DNA of 64,000 nucleotides from an uncultured Methanosarcinales archaeon (GCA_964445485.1 CAYUPS010000002.1:102055-166054), one strand, 5' to 3'; shown: positions 37,241 to 48,071, numbered from the stretch's first letter. Made by a program: numbers and translations. Notes: generated by a model from the letters alone, not told the origin.

Positions 37241-37384
37241 ATGGAACGCTGCATCACCCACAAGAAAGAGGTCAATGGCCGTTGCAACTGGTGCGGGGGC
37301 GCAATCTGCCCCCTCTGCGTGCAGAAAGGCAAAGGACTCAAGATATATTGTGAGAAATGCATCCCCCGCCTCGGAGTCATGTAA
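37241..37384 (+). CDS. 47-aa cross-brace zinc-finger protein (C-x2-H-x7-C-x2-C-x4-C-x2-C-x10-C-x2-C)
   Basis: Not in the ORF track because it is under 60 aa. Starts 5 nt after the upstream stop, and its own stop is 3 nt before the next ATG. Eight metal-ligand residues. Confidence 0.45.
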   Translation: MERCITHKKEVNGRCNWCGGAICPLCVQKGKGLKIYCEKCIPRLGVM

Positions 37385-37386
37385 CC

Positions 37387-37884
37387 ATGGATATCGAACG
37401 ACTCAAGAAGATCAATCAGATGACCAAGGAATTGCAGCGCGCGGGATTCGCGGGCAATTCACGCGAAGCATTCAGCCAGGCGGACTCCCTCTTCCGCCCG
37501 CCCGCAGAGGAAAGCGCGGTCGCACCCGCGCAGCACAACCAAGAGCCCGTCGAAGCGCCGTCCGCGCAGCACGCAGCCCCCGCAGACTTCCTTGTCGAGA
37601 AGAAGGTCGCGCTGCTTGTCGACATGCACACTAAGAAGCTCAACGCAGACGTCACGTTCTTGCAGGCCCAGATACAGCAGCTCCAGTCAGAACTGCAGAT
37701 GCTGCGCCAGGAAGTCCGCACGAAGCCCGCGGCCCCTGCGGTCTCGCAGGTCGCCGCCCCGTCCATGCCGCCAGCCCCCGCCGCAGCGCCGGCGCCCGAG
37801 AAGAAGGAGTCGCACCCGCGACAGGGAGACTTCAAGCCGGGCGATGTCTCGATCGAGAAGATGTTCTATTTCGGCAAGAAATAG
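37387..37884 (+). CDS. hypothetical coiled-coil protein with Pro/Ala-rich linkers
   Basis: Start trimmed to MDIERLKKINQ. Central heptad-repeat region LQAQIQQLQSELQMLRQEVR. Confidence 0.45.
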   Translation: MDIERLKKINQMTKELQRAGFAGNSREAFSQADSLFRPPAEESAVAPAQHNQEPVEAPSAQHAAPADFLVEKKVALLVDMHTKKLNADVTFLQAQIQQLQSELQMLRQEVRTKPAAPAVSQVAAPSMPPAPAAAPAPEKKESHPRQGDFKPGDVSIEKMFYFGKK

Positions 37885-37925
37885 AGGCACTACCTTTTTA
37901 AATCGGCCGAGTCTTATAAATCCCT

Positions 37926-38903
37926 ATGAGTGACGTGCGGCACAGCCATCTGCTCCTGAATACCCTGCTCATCTTCTTGGCAGTCGGCGCGGGGTTCGGC
38001 GGATTCTACTACTACCACACGCAGACAATCACCGAGCTGCAGGCGCATTATGACCAGCAGCTATCAGGCCTCGCCACAAAACTCCTCAGCACGGAAGAAT
38101 CGCTGCGCTACTACATCAGCCACGAGAGCGCCTCTCTCGACACCAAGATCAAGACTCTCGACAGCAATCTCAATTCCACCACGAAATCAGTCCTCAGCGA
38201 GATCCAGACCGCGCGGGAGCAGACGCAGTCCGGTCTCGATCAGATCACGGGACGCCTGGTGCAGACCGAGCAGAAGACCCAAGAGCAGCTCGATTCACTC
38301 CAGAGCAATATCAAGAACATCAAGCTCAGCAACAAGGATTTCAGCGCGCTCATGCCGGACGTGCTTCCCGCTGTCGTGAGCATCAGCGTCGGTTATCCGG
38401 GCGGCGCGCGTATCGGCAGCGGCGTCTTCATCGATGAGCGCGGCTACGCAGTCACGAATCATCATGTCGTCAACGGTGCGACGAGCATCAATCTCAAAAC
38501 GGCCGATGGCGCAGTCTACACCGCGCGCATCGTCAGCTCAGACAGCCTGGCCGACATCGCGGTCATTTCGATCGACAGACCCGCACCCCGCGCCCTCCGT
38601 TTCGCCGACTATGTGAGCACTGCAGAGAAAGTCATCGCGATCGGCTCGCCCCTCGGCTTCGAATTCACAGTCACCGAAGGCATCATCAGCAAGGCAGAGG
38701 TCACATCCGGCGCAGTAAAGCTCATCCAGACCGATGTCGCGGTCAACCCCGGCAACAGCGGCGGCCCCATCCTCAACATCGCGGGAGACATCGTCGGCAT
38801 CACGACCTCGAAAGCCGCTGACGCGCAGGGCATCGGTTTCGCCGTCCACGCGGATGTCGCATCGCTCCTCACCGCAGGGATGATACAGGACGACACTGCG
38901 TGA
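37926..38903 (+). CDS. membrane-anchored trypsin-like serine protease (HtrA/DegP S1C family, no PDZ domain)
   Basis: N-terminal TM and a roughly 100-aa coiled coil. Catalytic triad contexts VTNHHVV, DIAVI and GNSGGP. Confidence 0.7.
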   Translation: MSDVRHSHLLLNTLLIFLAVGAGFGGFYYYHTQTITELQAHYDQQLSGLATKLLSTEESLRYYISHESASLDTKIKTLDSNLNSTTKSVLSEIQTAREQTQSGLDQITGRLVQTEQKTQEQLDSLQSNIKNIKLSNKDFSALMPDVLPAVVSISVGYPGGARIGSGVFIDERGYAVTNHHVVNGATSINLKTADGAVYTARIVSSDSLADIAVISIDRPAPRALRFADYVSTAEKVIAIGSPLGFEFTVTEGIISKAEVTSGAVKLIQTDVAVNPGNSGGPILNIAGDIVGITTSKAADAQGIGFAVHADVASLLTAGMIQDDTA

Positions 38904-39851
38904 TCAACGGGCCCTGTCGATAGAATTCTTCAATGCTTCCGCGCTCCACAGCGCGCCAGGCCAGAACGGATTCGGCAGCCATTCATTCGAATCAGTCACC
39001 CAGAGCCTCTCTACCAGCCCCTCCTCTTTCGCGTGAACAAGCCACACGGGCAGCGGCGCGTTGCTGCCCTTCGCGGCGCTGACGCGTTCAGCGAATTCTT
39101 TGAGATGCTGGCGTTCAAGGTACGGAACGGCTGGCCGGTGTCCGATTGCTGCGACGATCACGAGATGCGCCAGCAGACGGGAAGGGTTGCCTCCCATGTA
39201 CGTGAGATGGGAAATCGCGTTGCGGAGCGGCAGCGTCGGATGATACGCGACATCTGTCTCCACACCGCCGGGCGCGACGGACGTGCACTCAGGCGTTCCG
39301 CCAACAATCGCGGCGCCATACACCCTCTCGGGAGAAGTATACACCGCGTATGACCTCTTTGCCGCATCGACTGCCGCGCCGATCGCAACTTCTTCTGCGA
39401 GCGTGAGCGCGCCTGAAGGCGTCGATTCGATGAATTCATCCAAGAAGAACGCGCGGAGAGGCGTGGCGTTCGCAGCGCCCCCCGCCTCGGCTCCCTGGAG
39501 GATCACTGCGTCCGGCGTCGCGTACTGGCGCAGGACATCCCTGCAATTGCCGCATGGCGCGGCGCCTTTGCCGGGTGTGCCGCACGCGAAGGCCACGATG
39601 GAGATGGGGTCGTCACTGCCCGCTTCTTCGAGAGCGCGGGCGACGAGCGTCTCCTCGCAGTGAATGGCGCGCGTGATGCCGTATTCATGGTTGCCGCCGG
39701 AGACGACGCGCCCCGAGCGGGTCATCGCCGCGCCGCGCACGTAGAAATTCGACTGGGCGGGTGTCGGTCTCGCTCGCAGCGCAGAGAGGAGCAAATGATT
39801 GTAGAGGCGGGAGGTCTGGGCATCTATGCCCTCGAACGTCCACTCAGGCAT
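38904..39851 (-). CDS. cdd: cytidine deaminase (two-domain Cdd type)
   Basis: Zinc motif HCEETLV...PCGNCRDVL in the N-terminal domain. Degenerate second CDA-like domain. Confidence 0.55.
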   Translation of the reverse strand: MPEWTFEGIDAQTSRLYNHLLLSALRARPTPAQSNFYVRGAAMTRSGRVVSGGNHEYGITRAIHCEETLVARALEEAGSDDPISIVAFACGTPGKGAAPCGNCRDVLRQYATPDAVILQGAEAGGAANATPLRAFFLDEFIESTPSGALTLAEEVAIGAAVDAAKRSYAVYTSPERVYGAAIVGGTPECTSVAPGGVETDVAYHPTLPLRNAISHLTYMGGNPSRLLAHLVIVAAIGHRPAVPYLERQHLKEFAERVSAAKGSNAPLPVWLVHAKEEGLVERLWVTDSNEWLPNPFWPGALWSAEALKNSIDRAR

Positions 39852-39855
39852 TGTC

Positions 39856-40602
39856 TCAGTCCGTCTCGACGCGCGGCGCGAGGATGAATGCCAAGAGCAG
39901 CTTGTCGACGACCTTGTACTCGAGGCGCAACGGATAGTCCTGGTTGAAGCACACGCTCACGCGGTCCGCGAGCTTGCCGCCCGCGATCATCTTCTTGAGG
40001 TACTCGAGGCTGTACTTCGCTTTCACTTGCGCCTTCGTGTCTGTCTTGATGCTTGTCGCGTCGCTGGCGCCCACTTCGACATGGGCCTTGGATAAATCGC
40101 CCTCTGCCGCGATGAGCAGACGCTCCGGCTCGACGGCCAGAGTGACCGCTTCTGCCACGATGCCTGCGTCTTCCATGGCGTCCGAGAGCGTGCCGCTCGT
40201 CGTCTCCACCATGACGGGGAATGTCAGGTTCGGGATGCGCTGCTCTCGCTCCTCCAAGTCGATGATGGGGAGCGAGAACGTGCGCACCGTATCGGCGCGC
40301 ATCGTGACCTTCAGGTGGTTGTCCTCCGTCACTTCGAGCGTGAGCGCATCGGACGGCTTGACCCTCTTGAGGATCTGCTTGAGCTGGCCGAGGTTGAGGC
40401 CGATCTCCTGGTTCTTCTCGATCTGGTATTCAGAGAATGCGCTCGAGAGCAGCTTGAAGATGACCATGGCAACATTTGCCGGATCCATGGCAACCATCTC
40501 GACGCCGTCCTGCGTGACCTTCAGGCGCGCCTCGTTGACGAGCTCCGAGATGACTCCGATACTGTCTTTCAGGTATGTTGCATCAGCGAGTACGAGTTTC
40601 AT
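39856..40602 (-). CDS. pcna: DNA polymerase sliding clamp PCNA
   Basis: 248 aa. Conserved PCNA fold sequence. TATA TTTTTTATATC upstream. Confidence 0.85.
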   Translation of the reverse strand: MKLVLADATYLKDSIGVISELVNEARLKVTQDGVEMVAMDPANVAMVIFKLLSSAFSEYQIEKNQEIGLNLGQLKQILKRVKPSDALTLEVTEDNHLKVTMRADTVRTFSLPIIDLEEREQRIPNLTFPVMVETTSGTLSDAMEDAGIVAEAVTLAVEPERLLIAAEGDLSKAHVEVGASDATSIKTDTKAQVKAKYSLEYLKKMIAGGKLADRVSVCFNQDYPLRLEYKVVDKLLLAFILAPRVETD

Positions 40603-40671
40603 GCCTATCCCCCCGAGCCGCTCGCGACAGGGAGGGGATATAAAAAACTTGTGGCTGCTGTTTCCGGCGTC

Positions 40672-42024
40672 TCAGCGGTGGTGGTGCTCGAGGCTCAAGC
40701 GCTCGCCGGTTATGAGCCTGTGAACGCTCCTGCCGCGCCTGTAGCCTTCCTCTTCAGCGAGCGTGTAGAAATGCTCAGTGATGTTCGGCTCTGAGTGCGT
40801 CGGTATGATATGCGTCGGCTTGAGCATCTTGACCACTTCGCGCAGGTCCTCGCGGAAGCAGTGACCGGAGACGTGGATGTCCGTGAACAGCCTCGCACCG
40901 TGCTCGCGCAGGTCCTTGTCGAGCTTCGCCCGGGCTGCCTTGTTGACATCCGCAGGGATTACCGTGCAAGAGAAGACAACGTGGTCCCCCGGCATGAGCC
41001 TGAAGGGGTATTCATGCCTCGCGATCTTCGACAGGATCGCGTTCGGCTCGCCTTGATGTCCCGTTGCGCAGATCAGGTACTTGTCGCGGCGGCCTTTTGA
41101 GATGTCCCCGAGCTTGTGGATGACCTGCCGCTTGAACTTGCAGATCTCTGCGCCTTTGAAGAACGCGACTTTTGCGCGCTCGGCGGCAGAGAGGTATTTG
41201 TTGATGCTGCGGCCGAGGAACACGACCTTGCGGCCCATCGCGTGGCCCGCCTCGAGAATGCTCTTGAGCCTGGCGACGTGCGACGCGAACGTCGTCACGA
41301 TCACAGCCTTGCCCTTGCTGTCGACGTTGAGCAGCACATCCCTGAGCATGTCGCGCGCGACCCCCTCACTGGGCGTCTTGCGCGGATCCCACGAGTAGAG
41401 CGAGTCGATGATGAGCGCGTGGACGCCCCTCTCACCCAACTTCTTGAGCGCCTCGTAGTTCGGCTTGCGGCCGAGCGTCGGGTTGTTGTCCAGCTTGAAA
41501 TCGTTGCCGTAGGCCACGATGCCGTGGCGTGTGTGCAGAGCGACAAGCACGGTCTGCGGCGTGCTGTGCGTGACGTGCACGAACTCGATCTTGATGTTCT
41601 TGGTCAGCTGCATCACGCCATTCGGCGGCAGCGGCTTGATCGGGTTTCGCAGGCGGATGTCATCATCCTTGAGGATTGTCTTGAGCACCTCGCACGTGAA
41701 CGGTGTCGCGATGATCGGGCAGTTGTACTTGTCCGCCATGTACGGCGCGGCGCCGATATGGTCAAGATGCGCGTGGCCGATGATGATCGCCTTGACCTTG
41801 GGCTTCCAGTCTTTGATGAGCGTGTCATCCGGGATGGCCTTGACGCGGCGCAGGTCAATCTCTTTGGCCTTGACGTGCTCGCCGAGCTCTTCTTCAGTGT
41901 ACTTGATGTAATTGGGCATGTGAAGGCCCATGTCGAGAATGACAACTTCGTCGTCAACGCGAACCGCGGTCATGTTTTTACCTACTTCGCCGTAACCGCC
42001 GACGGCACAAATTTCTATTCCCAT
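40672..42024 (-). CDS. rnj: archaeal RNase J (metallo-beta-lactamase / beta-CASP 5'-3' exoribonuclease)
   Basis: HAHLDHIG motif plus beta-CASP region. About 450 aa without KH domains, so RNase J rather than aCPSF1. Confidence 0.75.
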   Translation of the reverse strand: MGIEICAVGGYGEVGKNMTAVRVDDEVVILDMGLHMPNYIKYTEEELGEHVKAKEIDLRRVKAIPDDTLIKDWKPKVKAIIIGHAHLDHIGAAPYMADKYNCPIIATPFTCEVLKTILKDDDIRLRNPIKPLPPNGVMQLTKNIKIEFVHVTHSTPQTVLVALHTRHGIVAYGNDFKLDNNPTLGRKPNYEALKKLGERGVHALIIDSLYSWDPRKTPSEGVARDMLRDVLLNVDSKGKAVIVTTFASHVARLKSILEAGHAMGRKVVFLGRSINKYLSAAERAKVAFFKGAEICKFKRQVIHKLGDISKGRRDKYLICATGHQGEPNAILSKIARHEYPFRLMPGDHVVFSCTVIPADVNKAARAKLDKDLREHGARLFTDIHVSGHCFREDLREVVKMLKPTHIIPTHSEPNITEHFYTLAEEEGYRRGRSVHRLITGERLSLEHHHR

Positions 42025-42153
42025 ATTCTATTTTCTCCAGATACAGATTGTGACTCAAACGAGGTGGAGAATCTCAGTGATTTCCAGAATTCGTTACTGT
42101 CCATCTCTATCTAATACGCTCACTACATGAACATTCTATAAAAACCTTTGGTA

Positions 42154-42280
42154 GGAAATTGATGAGGCGGGCAGGATTCGAACCTGCGAAGGCACTAAGC
42201 CAACGGTTCGCTCACGCGACCCGCGCCGATGCGCGGGAAGACTTCTTGCGTCTTGAGACCGTCACGTTTGGCCGCTTCGC
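42154..42280 (-). tRNA. tRNA-Leu (anticodon CAA) with a 43-nt intron (42200-42242) in a canonical hBHBh' motif
   Basis: Hand fold: acceptor GAGGCGG/CCGCCTC, A73, D-loop AAGCGGCCAAA, anticodon stem ACGGT/ACCGT, loop CTCAAG|intron|A, long variable arm, T-arm GCAGG-TTCGAAT-CCTGC. Perfect 4-bp central helix between the two 3-nt bulges. Intron contains a 7-bp GC hairpin. TATA AAAGTTTAAAAG about 30 nt upstream. Confidence 0.75.
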
Positions 42281-42340
42281 TACCGCCTCGTGATTTGGGT
42301 GCCTACAGGCGGGCGGCTTTTAAACTTTTGGAGAAATGGC

Positions 42341-42748
42341 TCACTCAAGCGTGCCGAGCTTCTCTTCGATCTTGCGGATCTCCTCTTCGAGGAGGTCCAT
42401 CTTGGTGCGGGTCTTCTTCGCTTCCTTCTTGCCCTTGCCTTTCTTGTCCTCTTTCGCTGGCGCTTCGTCGCTCTCTTCCGCGGCGACCATATCTTCGTCG
42501 TGCGGCGCCATCGTCGGCTTGTGCATCGGCACTTTCGGCATGACGCCGCGCAAGCGCCGGTTCAAAACAGTCAATTCATCGAGGATGTGCTTGAGGCCTA
42601 CGATAGCTTCGAGTTTCTGGCGGCGCAGCTCGCGGAACGCTTCATAGCGCCGGAGGCTGTCGAGCACCGCCTTGTTGCTCAGGAGCAGCGCTTTGCGCAT
42701 GCTGATCGGGCCCCTGATGCCAACCCAAAACTTATCGTGGTCTGCCAT
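42341..42748 (-). CDS. hypothetical coiled-coil protein, third of three tandem paralogs (135 aa)
   Basis: Starts immediately after the upstream stop. Shares a helical pattern with the two upstream genes. Confidence 0.45.
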   Translation of the reverse strand: MADHDKFWVGIRGPISMRKALLLSNKAVLDSLRRYEAFRELRRQKLEAIVGLKHILDELTVLNRRLRGVMPKVPMHKPTMAPHDEDMVAAEESDEAPAKEDKKGKGKKEAKKTRTKMDLLEEEIRKIEEKLGTLE

Positions 42749-42982
42749 TCATCGGTCCTGCGGTCGGAGCAGCGCGTGGTCGATCTCCTCGACGCGCTGT
42801 TCCACTTCTCCCAACTGCGCGGCCCATGCCTGCAGTTCTGCGTCCTCGCGGTGCTTGATCTCCGCGATGCGGTCGAGCATGAATTTGGCCTGCTTGATGC
42901 GCTCACGCGTGAGCGCGAGTATGTCTGTCAGGTCCTTGTACGCGTCCAGTCTCACGAACACTGTCGCTTGATCGTCTGGCAT
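42749..42982 (-). CDS. hypothetical coiled-coil protein, paralog 2 (77 aa)
   Basis: Start MPDDQATVFVRLDAYKD preceded by a GGGGGAGGA RBS-like sequence. Gapless alignment of about 30 percent identity with the C-terminus of the upstream 195-aa protein. Confidence 0.5.
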   Translation of the reverse strand: MPDDQATVFVRLDAYKDLTDILALTRERIKQAKFMLDRIAEIKHREDAELQAWAAQLGEVEQRVEEIDHALLRPQDR

Positions 42983-42996
42983 TCTGTCCTCCCCCT

Positions 42997-43584
42997 CTAG
43001 GCCTTGGCCTTTGCGATGACCGAATCGACATAGCTGAGCTTCTTCTCGATATCCTCGAGCTGCGCCCGCCACTTGTCGAATTCTCGCTCTTCCTGCACTT
43101 TCAGCTCGCCGAGGCGTCGCACGAGCTCTTCGGCTTCGAAGAGACGGGCGCGCGCCTTGTTGGCGTGCTCCATGACTTTGCGATATTCATCGACGGAAAC
43201 AAAGCCGGGTCCGTGCGGACGCAGCCGCGGCGCGCTCGGCGCTTCCGGTTCCGCGCGTATCGTCTTGTCGAAGACGGGCGCGGATTCCCACGAGAGCGGC
43301 TTGTTGTAGTATTCCGGCTTTTCCTGTTTCGCGTAATACTCGGCCTTCTCGGGCTTTTGGTAGTATTCCGGTTTCTCCTGTTTCGCGTAATACTCCGCTT
43401 TCTCGGGCTTTTGGTAGTATTCCGGTTTCTCTTGCTTTGCGTAGTATGATTGTTTTGGCATCTCTGGCAATTGCGGATAGATGTCGGGGATGTCGCCGCC
43501 CGGCGCCATCGGCGGAGGGGGCGGCAGCGGCACGTCTTCGGCCTGCGGTTTCTTTTTTGCCTTCAAGAAGTCAAAGATACCCAT
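42997..43584 (-). CDS. hypothetical protein, paralog 1 (195 aa): Pro-rich N-terminus, 18-aa Y/K/E/P tandem repeats, C-terminal coiled-coil domain
   Basis: Repeats YYAKQEKPEYYQKPEKAE x3. C-terminal domain is homologous to paralog 2. TATA TTTTAATAATA upstream. Confidence 0.5.
   Translation of the reverse strand: MGIFDFLKAKKKPQAEDVPLPPPPPMAPGGDIPDIYPQLPEMPKQSYYAKQEKPEYYQKPEKAEYYAKQEKPEYYQKPEKAEYYAKQEKPEYYNKPLSWESAPVFDKTIRAEPEAPSAPRLRPHGPGFVSVDEYRKVMEHANKARARLFEAEELVRRLGELKVQEEREFDKWRAQLEDIEKKLSYVDSVIAKAKA
43298..43450. repeat. 54-bp tandem direct repeat (about 2.8 copies) inside the paralog-1 coding sequence
   Basis: GTATTCCGG(C/T)TT(T/C)TCCTGTTTCGCGTAATACTC(G/C)GC(C/T)TTCTCGGGCTTTTGGTA repeated in frame. 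Confidence 0.8.
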
Positions 43585-43714
43585 AGGTGACCACTCTTTC
43601 AGGGTCGCATCGTATTATTAAAATCTTTTACCACCATTCTGGAGGGGTGACAGACCCCTGCGGCATGCCTTTCCGGGCAAAATATTTATAACCGCACTCG
43701 GCCCAGCCAGCCCC

Positions 43715-44278
43715 ATGCCCGAGAAGACACCCATCATAGCCAAGGCCATCCTCGAGATGCTCGGCGCCCCGAAAGAGTATATAGAGAAGACGCTCAAGGA
43801 CTACGTCGCCAAGCTCAAGACCGACGGCCTCAAGATCCGCAAAGAGCGCTACGAGCCCGCGGAGCAGCGCGAGAAACTCTACTCCACCTTCGTCGAAATC
43901 GAAGCGGAATTCCCCCGCATGGGAGACCTCATCTCCTTCTGCTTCGACTCCCTCCCCAGCAGCATCGACATCATGTCCCCCGACACCCTCACCCTCGAGA
44001 CCGGCGAGATCGCCCTCTTCCTCAACGACCTCCAAGCCCGGCTCCACCAGGCGGACATGATGATCAAGACGCACCGCGCCCAGCACGACATGCTCGACCG
44101 CAGCGCGACCAACGTCTTCAATAATTTCCTCCTCCACCTCGTCCACGACGGACCCAAGAACGCGGACGACCTCGCCCGCACCGTCGGCGTGCGCGAAGAC
44201 CAGCTCAAGCCGTTCCTCGACAAGCTCGTCGAGAACAAACGCATCACCGAACAGGACGGCACGTACTCGGTCGCATGA
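43715..44278 (+). CDS. hypothetical protein, possibly an ScpA-like kleisin (C-terminal winged helix), translationally coupled to scpB
   Basis: ATGA overlap with scpB. C-terminal wH-like segment. The N-terminal ScpA signature is not evident. TATA AAATATTTATAACC upstream. Confidence 0.35.
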   Translation: MPEKTPIIAKAILEMLGAPKEYIEKTLKDYVAKLKTDGLKIRKERYEPAEQREKLYSTFVEIEAEFPRMGDLISFCFDSLPSSIDIMSPDTLTLETGEIALFLNDLQARLHQADMMIKTHRAQHDMLDRSATNVFNNFLLHLVHDGPKNADDLARTVGVREDQLKPFLDKLVENKRITEQDGTYSVA

Positions 44279-45297
44279 ACGACGACCTCAAGACCAAACT
44301 GGAAGCGCTCCTCTTCGCATCAGCGCGAGCCATGAGCGCGGACGAACTCGCCAAGCTGCTGCGCGAAAAAGACACCGAGGCGATCCGGCGCGCCCTCGCA
44401 GAGATCGCCGACGACCTCGCCAAGAAAGAATCCTCCCTCATGCTGATCGAGGACGGAGGCAACTACCGATTCGCGGTCAGGGAGAAATACCTCCCCTTCG
44501 TCCGCAAAGTCGTCACGAAGACAGAACTGCCAAAGACGATACTCGAGACGCTCGCCGTCATCGCCTACAAAGCGCCCATCCTCCAGAGCAAGCTCATCAA
44601 GATACGCACCAACAAAGCATACGACCACCTCCGCCACCTCGAGAAGACCAGCTACATCACGCGCGAGAAGAGCGGCCGCACCAAGCTCATCAAGCTCACC
44701 CAGAAGTTCTACACGTACTTCGACATCTCGCCCGACAAACTCAAGACGAAATTCGGCAGCGCGCCTGACCTCGAGAAAGCCATAGAGGCCAAAGAGGCAG
44801 AGATCGCGGCGCTCCACCCCGAACTCGCGAAAGAATCGCCTGACGAAGAAGGCATCCGGGTCGTCGACGAGCCCGAGACCTACGACGTGCCGAAAGTGGA
44901 GCCGCCGCTCGAGGAGATCAAAGAGACCATCGGCGGCCTCGAAGTGTACCCGACAGCGCCGCGGGCCAACTCCGACGAAATCCCCACGAGCGGGTCTATG
45001 GGCGACCTCGAGACATACGCAGTCGACCCTTCAAACCCTCACGAGCACCGCGCGCCCCGAAAGCAGCCAAAGAAAGAAACAGCCCCCGCCGAAGCTCCAG
45101 GGCGCGCGGCGGCAGAAGAGCCCGAAGAGCAGCCCGCGCCCCACGAGGAAACACCTCCTGCAGAGATGACCAAAGTCGGCCAGACGCCCGGCGTGTTCTC
45201 CGGCGGCGTCCCGCCCGATGTGCAGAAGAAAGTCGACGAACGCGTCGAAGCCATGCTCAACCCGCCCCCTGCCGAGGATGAGGAGCGGCAGGAATGA
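44275..45297 (+). CDS. scpB: segregation and condensation protein B (ScpB) with a long acidic/Pro-rich C-terminal tail
   Basis: Tandem winged helices with LEALLFAS and ILETLAVIAYKAPILQSKLIKIR signatures. Confidence 0.75.
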   Translation: MNDDLKTKLEALLFASARAMSADELAKLLREKDTEAIRRALAEIADDLAKKESSLMLIEDGGNYRFAVREKYLPFVRKVVTKTELPKTILETLAVIAYKAPILQSKLIKIRTNKAYDHLRHLEKTSYITREKSGRTKLIKLTQKFYTYFDISPDKLKTKFGSAPDLEKAIEAKEAEIAALHPELAKESPDEEGIRVVDEPETYDVPKVEPPLEEIKETIGGLEVYPTAPRANSDEIPTSGSMGDLETYAVDPSNPHEHRAPRKQPKKETAPAEAPGRAAAEEPEEQPAPHEETPPAEMTKVGQTPGVFSGGVPPDVQKKVDERVEAMLNPPPAEDEERQE

Positions 45298-45437
45298 TGC
45301 TCCTCCAATGCCCGCACTGCGGCAACCGGATGAAATACCAAGGCGGCAGCGGCAGTCTCGCGGGCAAGCGCAAGCAGTGCGTCTACTGCGGAAAATCCTA
45401 CTCCGTCGCCGGCCATGCAGTATCCCAAAACCTCTGA
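45294..45437 (+). CDS. 47-aa zinc-ribbon protein (CPHCG...CVYCG)
   Basis: Not in the ORF track because it is under 60 aa. Start overlaps the scpB stop (ATGATG). CxxC-x19-CxxC. Confidence 0.4.
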   Translation: MMLLQCPHCGNRMKYQGGSGSLAGKRKQCVYCGKSYSVAGHAVSQNL

Positions 45438-45528
45438 ATTCGTGAGTTATAAGGCTTATAACCTCATTTTTCGACCACAATCCTTATAAACGTCCGGCCT
45501 CTTGCAATTCTCCTGGGGGACAGTTCTG

Positions 45529-48066
<2,538 letters not shown>

Positions 48067-48071
48067 AACCC

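Noticed and set aside
43298-43450. Possible CRISPR array
   Set aside because: Only about 2.8 direct 54-bp repeats with no unique spacers. Perfectly in frame inside a CDS and encoding a peptide repeat. No cas genes nearby.
45438-45528. gyrB remnant upstream of gyrA
   Set aside because: The interval is only about 90 bp and contains promoter elements. No GHKL or Toprim coding potential.
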